Shown: positions 1 to 10,600 of the stretch, piece by piece | Position numbering within the stretch: position 1 is the first letter of the stretch | Layout: every line of letters begins with the position of its first letter | NCBI GenBank assembly: GCA_049510745.1 | Contig: JBEKYR010000011.1 | Span: 73,932-137,931, forward strand | Origin: Verrucomicrobiota bacterium | GTDB lineage: Bacteria > Verrucomicrobiota > Verrucomicrobiia > Limisphaerales > Palsa-1400 | Direction: 5' to 3' | DNA length: 64,000 bases | The notes under the pieces: model-generated | Told to the model about the DNA's origin: nothing | Databases searched by the model: none | Seen by the model: only the letters and a program-made list of their open reading frames with translations | Position numbers and translations under genes: made by a program

Positions 1-1
1 G

Positions 2-439
2 TTTCTTCCCGGCTCCGGCGGCGAATCCGTTCATCTGGCCGTGTGGGAGCCGTCGAGCTTCGCCTGGTCGGAGGCGGAGGAGGCGCGGTGGGGGAAGCTC
101 TTCGAAATCCGCGAGCTGGCGCTGCCGCAGTTGGAGAAGGAGCGTCAAGCCAAAAATATCGGCAAAGCCCTTGAAGCCAGGGTGATCGTCCGCGGTTCGG
201 CTAAAGTTCTGGCCCCGTTGTCCGATAACGATGGAGAGGCATTGAGAGAATTATTGAACGTGTCCCAGTTGCTCTGGCAAGACCAAGCGGACGCGACCGA
301 CTTGACGATTGAGGTGTCCAAGGCCGGCGGCCTGAAATGCGGGCGGTGCTGGCATTGGGAACCGGATGTCGGCGCGGACGCCGGGCACCCGACCCTTTGC
401 GCGCGTTGCGTCGCGGCGGTGCGGCGATGCGTCAAGTAG
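2..439 (+). CDS. ileS: Isoleucine--tRNA ligase, C-terminal part (5' truncated by window)
   Basis: Frame open from base 2; ESVHL motif, then LE.ER..K.IGKALEA and the C-terminal Zn finger KCGRCWHW...LCARC typical of type 1 IleRS. Confidence 0.92.
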   Translation, partial: FLPGSGGESVHLAVWEPSSFAWSEAEEARWGKLFEIRELALPQLEKERQAKNIGKALEARVIVRGSAKVLAPLSDNDGEALRELLNVSQLLWQDQADATDLTIEVSKAGGLKCGRCWHWEPDVGADAGHPTLCARCVAAVRRCVK

Positions 440-442
440 CGG

Positions 443-3229
443 ATGAAGCCTTCCCCCTTCAGCACCCCTGTCCGCGCCTTGCTGCTGGCGGCGTTGTATG
501 TGATCGGCGGACTGCTGGGCAAGGCCTCCTCGTTCATGTCGGGCGAGGTCGCGCTGGTCTGGCCGCCGGCGGGGATCGCGCTGGCGGCGATTCTGTTGTT
601 CGGCTACCGGATGTGGTGGGGAGTGGCGGCGGGGGCCTTGCTCTTTACCTTGGTGCGCGGCACGCCCTTTGGCTTTTTCACCGTCGCCACCGCCGTGGGC
701 AACACGATGGGCGCGATCCTCTGCGCTTATCTCTTGGAACGCTTTGTCGGGTTCCGCAATTCCATGGAACGCGCCAGGGACGCGGCGGGCTTCATTTTTT
801 TCGCCTGTCTGCTCGGCACGACCGTCAATGCCGCCTTCAATGGGCTGGGGTTGTACGACGCGGGACGGCTGCCGTTTGACGAACTGTTCCCCAACATCCT
901 GACTTGGTGGGTGCCCAACGCGATGGGCGTCCTGGTGGTCGCTCCCATCATCCTGGCCTGGTGTACTCCCAATTCGCTGCGCCTGGATTGGCGCGGCGGC
1001 GTGGAGGCCGTTTGCTGCGGCCTGGGCCTGATCGCGGGGACCCAGCTTTCTTTTAACTCGTGGTTTGCCTACGGCGTCGAGAATTATCCGCTGGCCTATT
1101 TGCCGTATCCCTTCCTGGTTTGGGCCGCCTTGCGCTTCGGCCAGCGCGGCGCCACCACCGGCACGCTGGTCGTGGCGGCGCTGTCCATCCACGAATTGCT
1201 CCACCATCGCGGCCCGTTCTATGCGGGCAACGATAAAACCAGCCTCATGCTCATCGGCTGTTACATCGCCATTGTCGCCGTGGGCGATCTCCTTTTGGCC
1301 GCCGTGTCGATCGAACGCGAAGTGGCCGTGCATGACACGCGGGAGAGCGAGAGCCGGTATCGCGGAGTGGTCGAGGACCAGACCGATTTGATTTGCCGGT
1401 TCACCCCGGACGGCACGCTGGTGTTTGTCAACCAGGCCTACTGCCGGTTTCAGGGCAAGACGCGCGAGCAACTCCTGGGGACCAACTTCTTTCCCGCCCT
1501 GGCCGAGCAGGACCGCGAAATCCCCCTGCTGCAATTCGCCCGTCTGACCCCGTCGGACCCCATCCAGGCCTTTGACAACAAAGTCCTGCTGGGCAACGGC
1601 AAACTGGTCTGGCAGCAATGCACCGTGCGCGCCCTCTTTGACGAGGCCGGCCAGATCACGGAATTTCAGGCCGTGATGGAGGACATTACGCGGCGCAAGG
1701 AATCCGAGGAGGCCTTGCGCCTGGGCGAGGAACGCTCCCGCGCCATTCTCCATAGCATGGTCGATGGCGTCATCGTGCTGGACGACCGGGGGGCGGTGAC
1801 GCTGTTCAATCCGGCGGCGGAGCGGATTTTCCAGCGCCCGGCCAGCCAGGTGCTCAACCTGAGCATCCGCAATCTGTTCGCGCCGGACGAGTGGCAGAAG
1901 TACGACGATTACCTGGCCGGGCATCTGGGGGAGAATCCGCCCAAAGTCATCGAAGTCAACGCCCTGCGCGCCAACGGCAGCCTCCTGCCCATCGACCTGG
2001 CGGTGAGCGAAATCTCCCGCGGCGGCGTGCTCATGCTCATTGTCATCGTGCGCGACATCTCCGAGCGCCGCAAGCTGGAGGAGCAGTACCGTCAAGCACA
2101 AAAAATGGAGGCCGTCGGGCGCCTGGCCGGGGGCATCGCGCACGATTTCAACAACCTCATGCAGGCCATCCTGGGTTACAGCAATTTGCTCGACCGCCGC
2201 CTGGCGCCGGGCGACCCCAATCACGAGACGGTCGAGCACATTCAAAAATCGCTGGCCCACGCCACTTCGCTCACCCGGCAATTGCTGGCCTTCAGCCGCA
2301 AGCAGGTGCTCAAGCCCAAGCTGCTCGCCTTGAACAGCGTGGTCGCAGACATGACCCACCTGTTGCAGCGCGTCCTGGGCGAAACGATCCAGTTGGAAAT
2401 GAAGCTGGCCGAGCCGGTCCCCTGGATTCGGGCCGACCCCGGCCAAATGGAGCAATTGATCTTGAATCTCGCCATCAACGCCCGCGATGCCATGTCCCAG
2501 GGCGGCACCCTGGGCATCGAGACGAGCAACCTCACTTTTACCGAGCCGAAGACCTTTTCCTCCGGCCGCCTGCCGCCCGGTTCCTACGCCCTGTTGAGCA
2601 TTTCGGACACCGGCTGCGGCATGTCGCCCGAAGTCCAGGCCCATTTGTTCGAACCGTTCTTCACCACCAAGGAAACCGGCAAGGGCACCGGCCTGGGCCT
2701 GTCCAACGTCTATGGCGTTGTCAAACAAACAGGCGGCGAAATCACCGTCACCACCGCTCCCGGCCTGGGCACCACCTTCAACATCTATCTGCCCCGCTTT
2801 GATGGCCGCGCGCCCGAGGAAGAATCGACCCACCTGACCCACGCCTCCGGGGGCGGCCACGAAACCATCCTGCTGGTCGAGGACGAGGAGTTGGTCCGCA
2901 TGATGCTCCTGGAAGTCTTGAAAGCCGCCGGTTACAACGTCCTTGACGCCCGCCAAGGCGCCGACGCCCTCGTTCTGGCCGGGCAGCACACGGGGCCGAT
3001 CGACCTGTTGATCACGGACATGACCATGCCCGGTTTCAGCGGCTCGGAACTGGCCCGGCGCCTGACGGAAAAGCGGCCCGACATGCGCGTCCTGTTCATC
3101 TCCGGCTACACCGACCAGGAGGCGGCGCAATGGGGCAAGCTCAACCAGCCCGTGCAATTCCTGCAAAAGCCCTTTCATCCCGACGCCCTCCTGGCCAAGG
3201 CGCGCGGCATCCTGGACCGCAAGAAATGA
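443..3229 (+). CDS. Hybrid sensor histidine kinase (MASE1 - PAS - PAS - HisKA/HATPase - receiver)
   Basis: Multi-TM N-terminus with VWPPAGIALA (MASE1); two PAS domains; H-box AGGIAHDFNN; N-box NLAINARDAM; G-box GKGTGLGL; receiver ILLVEDE...LLITDMTMP...KPF. Confidence 0.93.
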   Translation: MKPSPFSTPVRALLLAALYVIGGLLGKASSFMSGEVALVWPPAGIALAAILLFGYRMWWGVAAGALLFTLVRGTPFGFFTVATAVGNTMGAILCAYLLERFVGFRNSMERARDAAGFIFFACLLGTTVNAAFNGLGLYDAGRLPFDELFPNILTWWVPNAMGVLVVAPIILAWCTPNSLRLDWRGGVEAVCCGLGLIAGTQLSFNSWFAYGVENYPLAYLPYPFLVWAALRFGQRGATTGTLVVAALSIHELLHHRGPFYAGNDKTSLMLIGCYIAIVAVGDLLLAAVSIEREVAVHDTRESESRYRGVVEDQTDLICRFTPDGTLVFVNQAYCRFQGKTREQLLGTNFFPALAEQDREIPLLQFARLTPSDPIQAFDNKVLLGNGKLVWQQCTVRALFDEAGQITEFQAVMEDITRRKESEEALRLGEERSRAILHSMVDGVIVLDDRGAVTLFNPAAERIFQRPASQVLNLSIRNLFAPDEWQKYDDYLAGHLGENPPKVIEVNALRANGSLLPIDLAVSEISRGGVLMLIVIVRDISERRKLEEQYRQAQKMEAVGRLAGGIAHDFNNLMQAILGYSNLLDRRLAPGDPNHETVEHIQKSLAHATSLTRQLLAFSRKQVLKPKLLALNSVVADMTHLLQRVLGETIQLEMKLAEPVPWIRADPGQMEQLILNLAINARDAMSQGGTLGIETSNLTFTEPKTFSSGRLPPGSYALLSISDTGCGMSPEVQAHLFEPFFTTKETGKGTGLGLSNVYGVVKQTGGEITVTTAPGLGTTFNIYLPRFDGRAPEEESTHLTHASGGGHETILLVEDEELVRMMLLEVLKAAGYNVLDARQGADALVLAGQHTGPIDLLITDMTMPGFSGSELARRLTEKRPDMRVLFISGYTDQEAAQWGKLNQPVQFLQKPFHPDALLAKARGILDRKK

Positions 3230-3309
3230 CGGACTGCCGGGGAATCGTTGCAGGCAAGACAAAGCTGATAAGGCTTGAAAGCTGGCCAACCTCAAAATAT
3301 ATTGTCTGC

Positions 3310-3726
3310 GTGACGGCTGACATTTCAGATTATCTAAGCTTGGTGAACGAATGCCAGATTACCGAGATGCAGAAGGCGGGGCAAGACCTCATCCCTGACG
3401 CGGTCGGTTCATTGGAGGTCTTTTCGGAGCACGTGCGAAATGTGGAAGCGGCGTTAATCCACACCTATCAGATCACCGCGTTCGTGGCCGTACGTGAGCC
3501 GGACCCGCAACACGCCGCAAAACATTGGAAGGAAATGGTCAGAATTTGCGAGAGAGCATTAACGGCCACAAAAGAACTCAGGGACAAATTCCCTAATTGC
3601 CGCACGCCCGAATTGTACGATCTGGCGCTGGACTACATGCTTGAGGCTCAAAAACGATTTCACGAAAACCTACAGGATTCAGAATGTCCCAGCCCACCGG
3701 AGGGATTATTCCCGAAGACGCCCTGA
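3310..3726 (+). CDS. Hypothetical alpha-helical protein (start uncertain; GTG at 3310 chosen)
   Basis: 3' part of ORF 3130..3726 lying beyond the kinase stop; lower-GC codon usage; overlaps next ORF. Confidence 0.55.
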   Translation: MTADISDYLSLVNECQITEMQKAGQDLIPDAVGSLEVFSEHVRNVEAALIHTYQITAFVAVREPDPQHAAKHWKEMVRICERALTATKELRDKFPNCRTPELYDLALDYMLEAQKRFHENLQDSECPSPPEGLFPKTP

Positions 3727-3950
3727 GCCGTCTGACGGAACTATTTACGCAAGTTGAAGGCGCCTCCAAACCGCTCTCCAGAGCGTGTCGGGAAGCGGAA
3801 TTTGAGTTCAATTCTCTGGTCGAGAAAATCCATGCCGAAATCGTTCAGCCTCGGTTCTCTTCCGTCACGCTGACGCAGTTCCGCAGCCAGACCAGAAGAT
3901 ACTGCAGGGCAAGAGCCTCAAAAGAGAGCCCGCCGTTCCCCTGCGTTTAG
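3684..3950 (+). CDS. Hypothetical protein (88 aa)
   Basis: ATG-started ORF overlapping the previous gene by 43 nt, same composition. Confidence 0.5.
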   Translation: MSQPTGGIIPEDALSRLTELFTQVEGASKPLSRACREAEFEFNSLVEKIHAEIVQPRFSSVTLTQFRSQTRRYCRARASKESPPFPCV

Positions 3951-4004
3951 ACAAAACCTCTCTCAGCCCGGTCCAAAATTGACAATTATATTCTTAAGCC
4001 GGTT

Positions 4005-4253
4005 TTGCTGGAGATTTTGGACGACCGCCACGGCCAAAGCGCCACGCTGATCACCAGCCAGTTTCCCGTCAGCCAATGGCACGAGTTGATCAACGACGCC
4101 GCCGTGGCCGACGCCGTTCTGGATCGATTGGTCCACAACGCTTATCGCCTCAAACTCAAAGGTGAGTCATTGCGTAAGACCATCGCCGTCCCGGATATCC
4201 CCGGTTCTTCAAGCGCTGCGCTCATTCCAATCCATCGCTCTCCGTCCAGATGA
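4005..4253 (+). pseudogene. istB: IS21-family IstB ATPase C-terminal fragment
   Basis: [55 protein letters not shown] is the IstB C-terminus; no Walker A and no istA nearby. Confidence 0.88.
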
Positions 4254-4274
4254 AATGGATCAGAAGGGTACTCG

Positions 4275-4850
4275 TCAATAAACAAAATAATACCAATGTG
4301 GCTGGATTTGTGCCGCTATTCGGCGCTCGGCAAACGAACCCTGTGGAATCCGATCTCCGGAGCAATAAATGTAACCGGCAGAGTGTGCTGGAAAGCCGCG
4401 GATATCGGTATCGAATTCCACGACGAGAATATTGGAAGTCTTTTGCGCCCACACGGCTTCACACAGGCGCGCCGTGGCCTGTTCCGGGGGAATGTGAACA
4501 ACGTTCGTGGAAACAGGTATCGCGTTTGTTTCTATGCGATGAACAAGTGCCTCGTAACTGGGGAAGCGCCATCGAAAAAGGGCGGCGGAGATCGGCCAGG
4601 ACATAAAAATCGACGCAACCGGCAGCGCAAGAACGAAGACCAGAGGGACAAATCCGCGCCACCCAATTCGCCGACGTTCGTCCTCGGCGCGAAAAATTGG
4701 AAAACATGCCAGAATGCATGCGGCCAGAAACACGGGCACGGAAAGCTCCAGGAATAGCCTTGTTGCGTCGCAGGCATGTGACCAATAGGCAACAAGGCCA
4801 ACGCACGAAATCGACGCCATCCCCAAGGCTGCTTTTCCAGAGCGTGACAT
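4275..4850 (-). CDS. Hypothetical membrane protein
   Basis: About three hydrophobic segments then a soluble domain ending HWYYFVY; start taken at MSRSGK (4850). Confidence 0.6.
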   Translation of the reverse strand: MSRSGKAALGMASISCVGLVAYWSHACDATRLFLELSVPVFLAACILACFPIFRAEDERRRIGWRGFVPLVFVLALPVASIFMSWPISAALFRWRFPSYEALVHRIETNAIPVSTNVVHIPPEQATARLCEAVWAQKTSNILVVEFDTDIRGFPAHSAGYIYCSGDRIPQGSFAERRIAAQIQPHWYYFVY

Positions 4851-5345
4851 AAAACCGTTTGGACATAGACTTAGCGGCCCGCCTCGGCGAGTCAAGTCAA
4901 GGCTCACATGCGCTCCCTCCGGCCCTTTATTGGTTCCCTTGAATTTCGACGCTTCTTCACCGCAAAACTTTAGTGCGCCGAAAAATACCCGGATCCGGCG
5001 ACAGCGACCGGTGACGAAAAACCTCACAAGTGCCACCACCGTCAGAGGGCTCAAGCCCTCTTCAATTACCAATTTTCAATTTTCAATTCCAAATTTTCAA
5101 TGCCGTTCCAGAAATCCCAGTCAAGGCGGGTCAAGGTTGGTCAAGCGCTCTTCAATTCCCATTTTTCAATGGCCTTCCAGGGCGCTGGGGCCAAGCCCGT
5201 CAAGGTCAGCGGAAGCCGGAACTTCCTCCTTCCTCCTTCTGCCTTCTTCCTTCTGTTCAGCCATCTTTCATGGACAAAAGGCACGCGGGAGCCGATAGTC
5301 CGGAAGCCGTATGAGCAACGCACGAAAGCCTGAAGCAGCAACTCC

Positions 5346-6521
5346 ATGAAACCGTCAGAGTCCGGGGCAGCAGGGGCCGCGAGGGATTTGGCAAATCCGC
5401 GGGAGCAGAAGTGCCTCCCAGAGCAACCGGTGCAGGCGGGCGCCGCCGGCACTCACAGCCCGGCCTACCGGGGATCGCTCGATTTCATCCGGCAATGGGT
5501 GCGCCATCGGCAAGGGTCGCCCGACGAATTGATTCGCGCCCTGGAGCGGGAGGTCGGCTGGCCTTCCCGCCACGTGCTGGTTCCGATCCTGGAGCAATTG
5601 CGCTCCAGCCGCGACCTGCCGGAGGCGGAGCGGAAATATCTTCTTTACACGTTGAACGCCGGGGCCGTCGCCGCCGCCCTGGCCGGGGGCGCCGATCCCG
5701 GCTCCGAATACCAGTCCTCGCTCGACGAACTCTTTGGCCGCAGCCGCCGTTTCCGCCGCTCGAAGCAATTCGCCGCCGCGGTCGAGTTTGTCGCCCGGTT
5801 TCGCGACTATTCCCCCTTCAACAACATGCTGGTCTATCTGCAAAATCCGCTGGCGACCCACTTCGCCACCGCCCGGCATTGGCACAAGGCCTTTGGCCGC
5901 TCGATCAAGAACGAGGCGCGCGGCATGATCATCCTGGCGCCCCGCACCCCGGTCCTGCTGGTCTATGACATCGCCGACACGGAGGGGCCGCCGCTGCCGG
6001 GAAACTTCGGCGTGTTCGCGCAAACCTCGGGCCGGTTCAATCCCGCCCTCCTCGAACGCACCGTCAAGAATTGCGAGCGCGACAGAATCCAGGTCGAACG
6101 CAAGTCCATGGGCGGGTTGCGCGGCGGCTTTGCCACGACGCGCGCGCAGGATTCAGCCTGGAAAATGCGCATCGCTCTGCGGGCGGAACTGGACGACGCG
6201 GCCGCCTACGCCGTGCTCTGCCACGAGTTGGCCCATGTCTATCTGGGGCACCTGGGCGCGGACCGGGACGGCGCCTGGCCGTTTCGCATGAACTTGTCCG
6301 AAGCGGTCACGGAGATCGAGGCCGAATCGACCGCCTACGTGGTCTGCGCCCGCGCGGGGCTTCGCACCCGCTCGGCGGAGTATCTGGCCGGCTACGTCGA
6401 GGACAATTCGGACCTCGACGCCATTAGTCTTGACTTAATCAGCCGGGTGGCGGGGCGGATCGAGGAGATGGGCCGCCGCCTGCTGCCGCCGCGGGAAAAA
6501 CCCGCGCCGGGCGGGACTTGA
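5346..6521 (+). CDS. ArdC-like ssDNA-binding domain plus zincin (IrrE/MPTase-like) metallopeptidase domain protein
   Basis: FRDYSPFNNMLVYLQNP.AT..AT...W...GR.IK.....I.ILAP (ArdC N-domain); HELAH..LGH and EIEAESTAYVV zincin motifs. Confidence 0.8.
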   Translation: MKPSESGAAGAARDLANPREQKCLPEQPVQAGAAGTHSPAYRGSLDFIRQWVRHRQGSPDELIRALEREVGWPSRHVLVPILEQLRSSRDLPEAERKYLLYTLNAGAVAAALAGGADPGSEYQSSLDELFGRSRRFRRSKQFAAAVEFVARFRDYSPFNNMLVYLQNPLATHFATARHWHKAFGRSIKNEARGMIILAPRTPVLLVYDIADTEGPPLPGNFGVFAQTSGRFNPALLERTVKNCERDRIQVERKSMGGLRGGFATTRAQDSAWKMRIALRAELDDAAAYAVLCHELAHVYLGHLGADRDGAWPFRMNLSEAVTEIEAESTAYVVCARAGLRTRSAEYLAGYVEDNSDLDAISLDLISRVAGRIEEMGRRLLPPREKPAPGGT

Positions 6522-6548
6522 GGAAGGCCGTCAACCTTCGCGGGCGGG

Positions 6549-7544
6549 TCAGTTCAGCGGACCGCCGTTTTTGCGCAGGACATCGGAAATCTTCACCGGA
6601 CAACCGCCCTGGCGCTTGCTTTCGTCGGCCGCCTCCAGGAAGGCGTAGATTTCCAAGGTTTCCTCCGGCGGCACCGGGGCGACGCCGGTTTGGAAAAACT
6701 TCACCACCTCGCGCAGGAACGGCGTGTAGTCCACATCCAATTCACGCTCCAGCACCTTCTTCGAGCCGAAAACCGTCACGCGATACGGATCGGCCCCGTT
6801 GCGCAGCCCGCGCAAGGTTCCCACCTTGCCGTCGTTCCAGACTCCCGTCACCAAATGGGTGTCCGCCGTGGCCGTGCAGGCGACCGTCTGGCAGCCGGTC
6901 CCCATAATCGTGTAGAGCGCTTCCGCCGGATGAATCCCGTACCAGAACAAATCCGGATGATGCGGTTCCAGTTCGCAGGGGCCGCAGGAACTGGCGCCCT
7001 TGATCACGCCCGCGCCGGCCTCCTTCATTTGCCGCAGATTCACCGAGTAGCGCAAACAGGACCCGCTGAAAATCGGCACATGATTCTCCTTGGCCGCGCG
7101 GTAAATCTCGATGGCGTCGCGCAAGGACCCCGCCACCGGCTTGTCAATGAATATCGGCTTGTGCGCCCGGATGACCGGCAGCGCCTCCTGCAAATGCGGC
7201 CGGCCGTCGATGCTCTCCACCATGACCACATCCGCTTCCTTGAGCAATTCATCAATGCTCCCGACTATTTTCACTCCCAATTTCTCCCCGACCGTCTTGG
7301 CGTAGCCGTCCACGTGTTCCGAACTTTGGGCGATGTCCGGGCTGCCGCCCTTGAGCGCGACGACGACGCGCGTTCCCGGGATGAAATTCTTGTCGTTGGG
7401 ATCATTCAAGCGCCGGGTGAACTCCACCGCGTGGGACGTATCCAATCCGATCATGCCGATGCGCAAATCAGCCGCCGCCGCGGTGAAAGTCATCGCGCCA
7501 CAAAAGAGCAAGGGGAAGCAGGGCCGTCGAAAAATCATAAGCAA
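6549..7544 (-). CDS. Gfo/Idh/MocA family oxidoreductase, signal-peptide bearing
   Basis: IGMIGLDTSH, ESIDGRPH, FIDKP, WYGIH motifs. Confidence 0.88.
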   Translation of the reverse strand: MLMIFRRPCFPLLFCGAMTFTAAAADLRIGMIGLDTSHAVEFTRRLNDPNDKNFIPGTRVVVALKGGSPDIAQSSEHVDGYAKTVGEKLGVKIVGSIDELLKEADVVMVESIDGRPHLQEALPVIRAHKPIFIDKPVAGSLRDAIEIYRAAKENHVPIFSGSCLRYSVNLRQMKEAGAGVIKGASSCGPCELEPHHPDLFWYGIHPAEALYTIMGTGCQTVACTATADTHLVTGVWNDGKVGTLRGLRNGADPYRVTVFGSKKVLERELDVDYTPFLREVVKFFQTGVAPVPPEETLEIYAFLEAADESKRQGGCPVKISDVLRKNGGPLN

Positions 7545-7602
7545 GGCTCTTTATGCGGCGGCTGGCCGGAGGCGGCAAGCGCATTTTTCCCGGAAGCGAC
7601 GG

Positions 7603-10600
7603 TCAGGGGGAAACTGTCGTGGGGCGATTGCTGTCCGGGGCGGGATTTGAAACGGGCAACTCGAGTGTGAAGATGGCGCCCTGGCTGGGGCCGTCGCTGT
7701 GCGCCAGCAAGGCGCCGCCCAATTCGTGGGCGGCCAGCGCCCCGCTGTGCAACCCGAAGCCATGGCCGTTTTTGCGCGTGGTGAAGCCCATGTTGAAAAT
7801 CTTGGTGAGATTTTCCTGGGGTATTCCGACGCCGGTGTCGATCACGGAAATCCGCACCCGTCCGTCCCCGTTGGTCACCCGCAACGTCAGCCTCTTCTCG
7901 TGTATCTCCGGCGGGTCGCAGGCGTACTTGGCGTTGTGGATGAGATTGACGAGAATTTGCAGCGCTTTATGCTTGTCAATGGCCAGCGCCGGCAGGTTCG
8001 GGGCATAGTCGCGGCGAACCTCGATGCGATGGCGGGAAAGCGCGGCCGAGTTCAGGCGCAGGGCGTCCTCGACCAGTTCGGTGGGTTGGACAGTTTCCAC
8101 ATAACCGGCGACCTGCGCGTAGTTCTGCTGCATGGCGACGATGTTCTTGATGTGCTCGATGTTTTGTTCCAGCGAGGCGAGTTCGTCGCGAAAAAGGGTC
8201 TGTTCGCGCGCCAGGCGGTCGGCCAATTGCTCCAAGTAAACGGGAATCTGGCGGCCTTGCGGATCGCGCGTGACAAAATCGGCCAGGCCGGCTTCGTGCT
8301 CGCGCAGCAGGGCCGCCACCTTGGAAACATTTCCCGTCTTGGATTGCCTGACTTTCTGGGAGAGAATCGAAGTCGAGATGTTGACGCTGTTGAGGATGTT
8401 GCCCACATTGTGCAGGACGCCGGTGGCAACATCGGCCATGCCCGCCTGGCGCGAGGCCGCGATAAGGTGTTTTTGATTGGAACGGATGATTTCCGTTTGC
8501 CGGCGAACCTGGCGGCGCAGCAACCCCACCCACGTGAGGGCGGCCACGATGGCCACGCCCATGCCCCCCGCCACTTTGAGCGCGTCTTGCGCCGTCCAGG
8601 AGGGAGGCGCTTTCAACAGTTCCACCGCGCCGGGTTGGGAGAGCGTGAGGTGAAAGGCTTCCGCCCCGCGAGTGGGGCTGCCGTCGATCAGACAGACGCC
8701 TGCGAGGCGCAGCAAACTTCCCGGGGCCAGAGCAAAGGCCGCCTCGGCCTGTCTTGGGTCCAGGAGGGTTGCCGTGAAAATGACCGAGCCGTCCTGGAGA
8801 ACCAATCTCGGTTCGAGCGAGCGGGCGACCTTTTGCAGAAGCACGGCCTGGAGTTTGACGGCGATGTTGTCGCAGGCGGCGGAGCGCAGAATTTCCTCGG
8901 CAGTCACAGTTTTGGGCGCCGGCAACACTCCGATTCCCGAGCGCCGGAAAACGGCGCCTTCCAGATGAGGCGACAGCTCCCCAAGGGCGGGGAATCCCAC
9001 CGCATCGACCCTCTCCCCCACGTGAATTTCGTTGGTCTGTTCGGTCCGCACACGGATGCCGCCGGAGGAATCCTGCAAGAGGAATCCTTGACCGGGCAGC
9101 AGCAGGGTCACAACGCCGTTGACCGCAATGCGCCGCCCGGCCCGGCCCGGGTTGAAAGTGGCGACCGACCCAATAGGAATGACAGAGGCCGCGAAGGGGT
9201 CGGACAACGCCGCTTCCACCGTTTTTATTTGCAGAAGGTCAGGGGTAAAGATGGTGATGCCGCCCAACTGCCGCCGCAAATTGGCATCGGCCGCGCAGGC
9301 CCCGCAAACCGAGACGCGGGAATCCACCCATTGCACCGGAATGGGCTTGCCGTTCCAATTGGGCACGGTGACAGTGAATTTCTCCCTGTCCCCCCTCACC
9401 ACCAGTCTGAGGTGGCCATCGTCCTCCTTGACGCGCTGGACGATGCCTTCGACTTGAACCCAACGCGCGTCCAGATGCCCATCGGCCAAGTCTTCCAAAT
9501 CCACTGTGCGCGGTCGCGGGAGATTGGTGCTGGCAAGAATCGTGAATTTTGCGTTGAGCACGACCGGGGCAAAATTTCCCGGATCGGTTTGGCCGGTCAG
9601 TTCCACCAACTGGCCGGAATGAAGGCCGGCTTGGTCGGGCATGGCAAAAAGGGCGTCTGAATCGTCCTGGAAAAAGACAGAATGCCAGGCGGGGTCCGCA
9701 TAGGTGACCACGCCGCGCAAGCGGACCGGGTAGCCGCGCGCGGCCTCCTCCGGGGTCAGTCTCCTGACAGCCGCGGCTGTGGTGATGGTTTCAAGTCCGT
9801 TGGTTGCCGGGGCTTTCAAAGAGGCTGCCGCGCGCACGGAGAGTCCATCCGCCGGCGGCGGGTTTGCCATTCTGAAGTAGGCGCTTTCCAGCCTGACTCC
9901 ATCGGCGCGTCGCGTGACAAATCCCCAAACATCCACGCGCTCGCCCAATTCAGTGGGAAGTATCTGCACCACCTCGGCCCGAATCACTCCTGTCGGGTCT
10001 TTAACTGTCACGTCTTGGCCGGGGCGATAGTCCTCGATCCACCCGTTGAGGTGGACCATTTCATTGGTCCACAGCCCGAGTTCGCGGTGGAGAAGGGTGT
10101 CTATCGAGGAAACAGGCAGTTGCGTCAGCGGCGCGCGGGGCGGATGCACGGTGGTGAGGTCGTTTGTTCCAGGAACGATTATCGATTGCGTCTTGAGCCG
10201 GCCATCGGCCACCTGGCTCGTGTTGATGCCCCGGATTTGCACGCGGGCGCCCATCAACTCCGTGGCGTTGGGGCCGGGCGCGCCCATGACATAGGCCAGG
10301 CAGTTCTGGCCCGATTGGTGGAGGGCCAACTCCAGCCGCCCGCCGTTGGTGTCCGCCCCGTGGACTTCTCCTTCAACCTCGATCCACTCTCCTGCCGTGC
10401 CGGCCAGTTGGGTCAATTCGATGTGCCTGGGCGATGGCAGCGGTCTTTTTCCGAGCACCACCGCGTCGAGATTGGAAAGCACGGACCCGGTGCCGTCGAA
10501 GGCAATGACCCCCGTTATCTTCACGTAATCCCCCTGACGGAGCGGGGAGTGAAAAGTTTGAGTCGGGAGATAACACGTGTTGTTCCCATCGCTGACGAAC

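Noticed and set aside
251..3295. 1014-aa minus-strand ORF (and similar long antisense ORFs, e.g. 7699..9660, 13865..16657, 43129..44841, 54613..56352)
   Set aside because: Shadow frames of well-supported genes on the opposite strand in high-GC DNA; no recognisable motifs
4200..4900. Integron cassette with attC around the orphan membrane gene
   Set aside because: No RYYYAAC...GTTRRRY paired structure found and no integrase in the window
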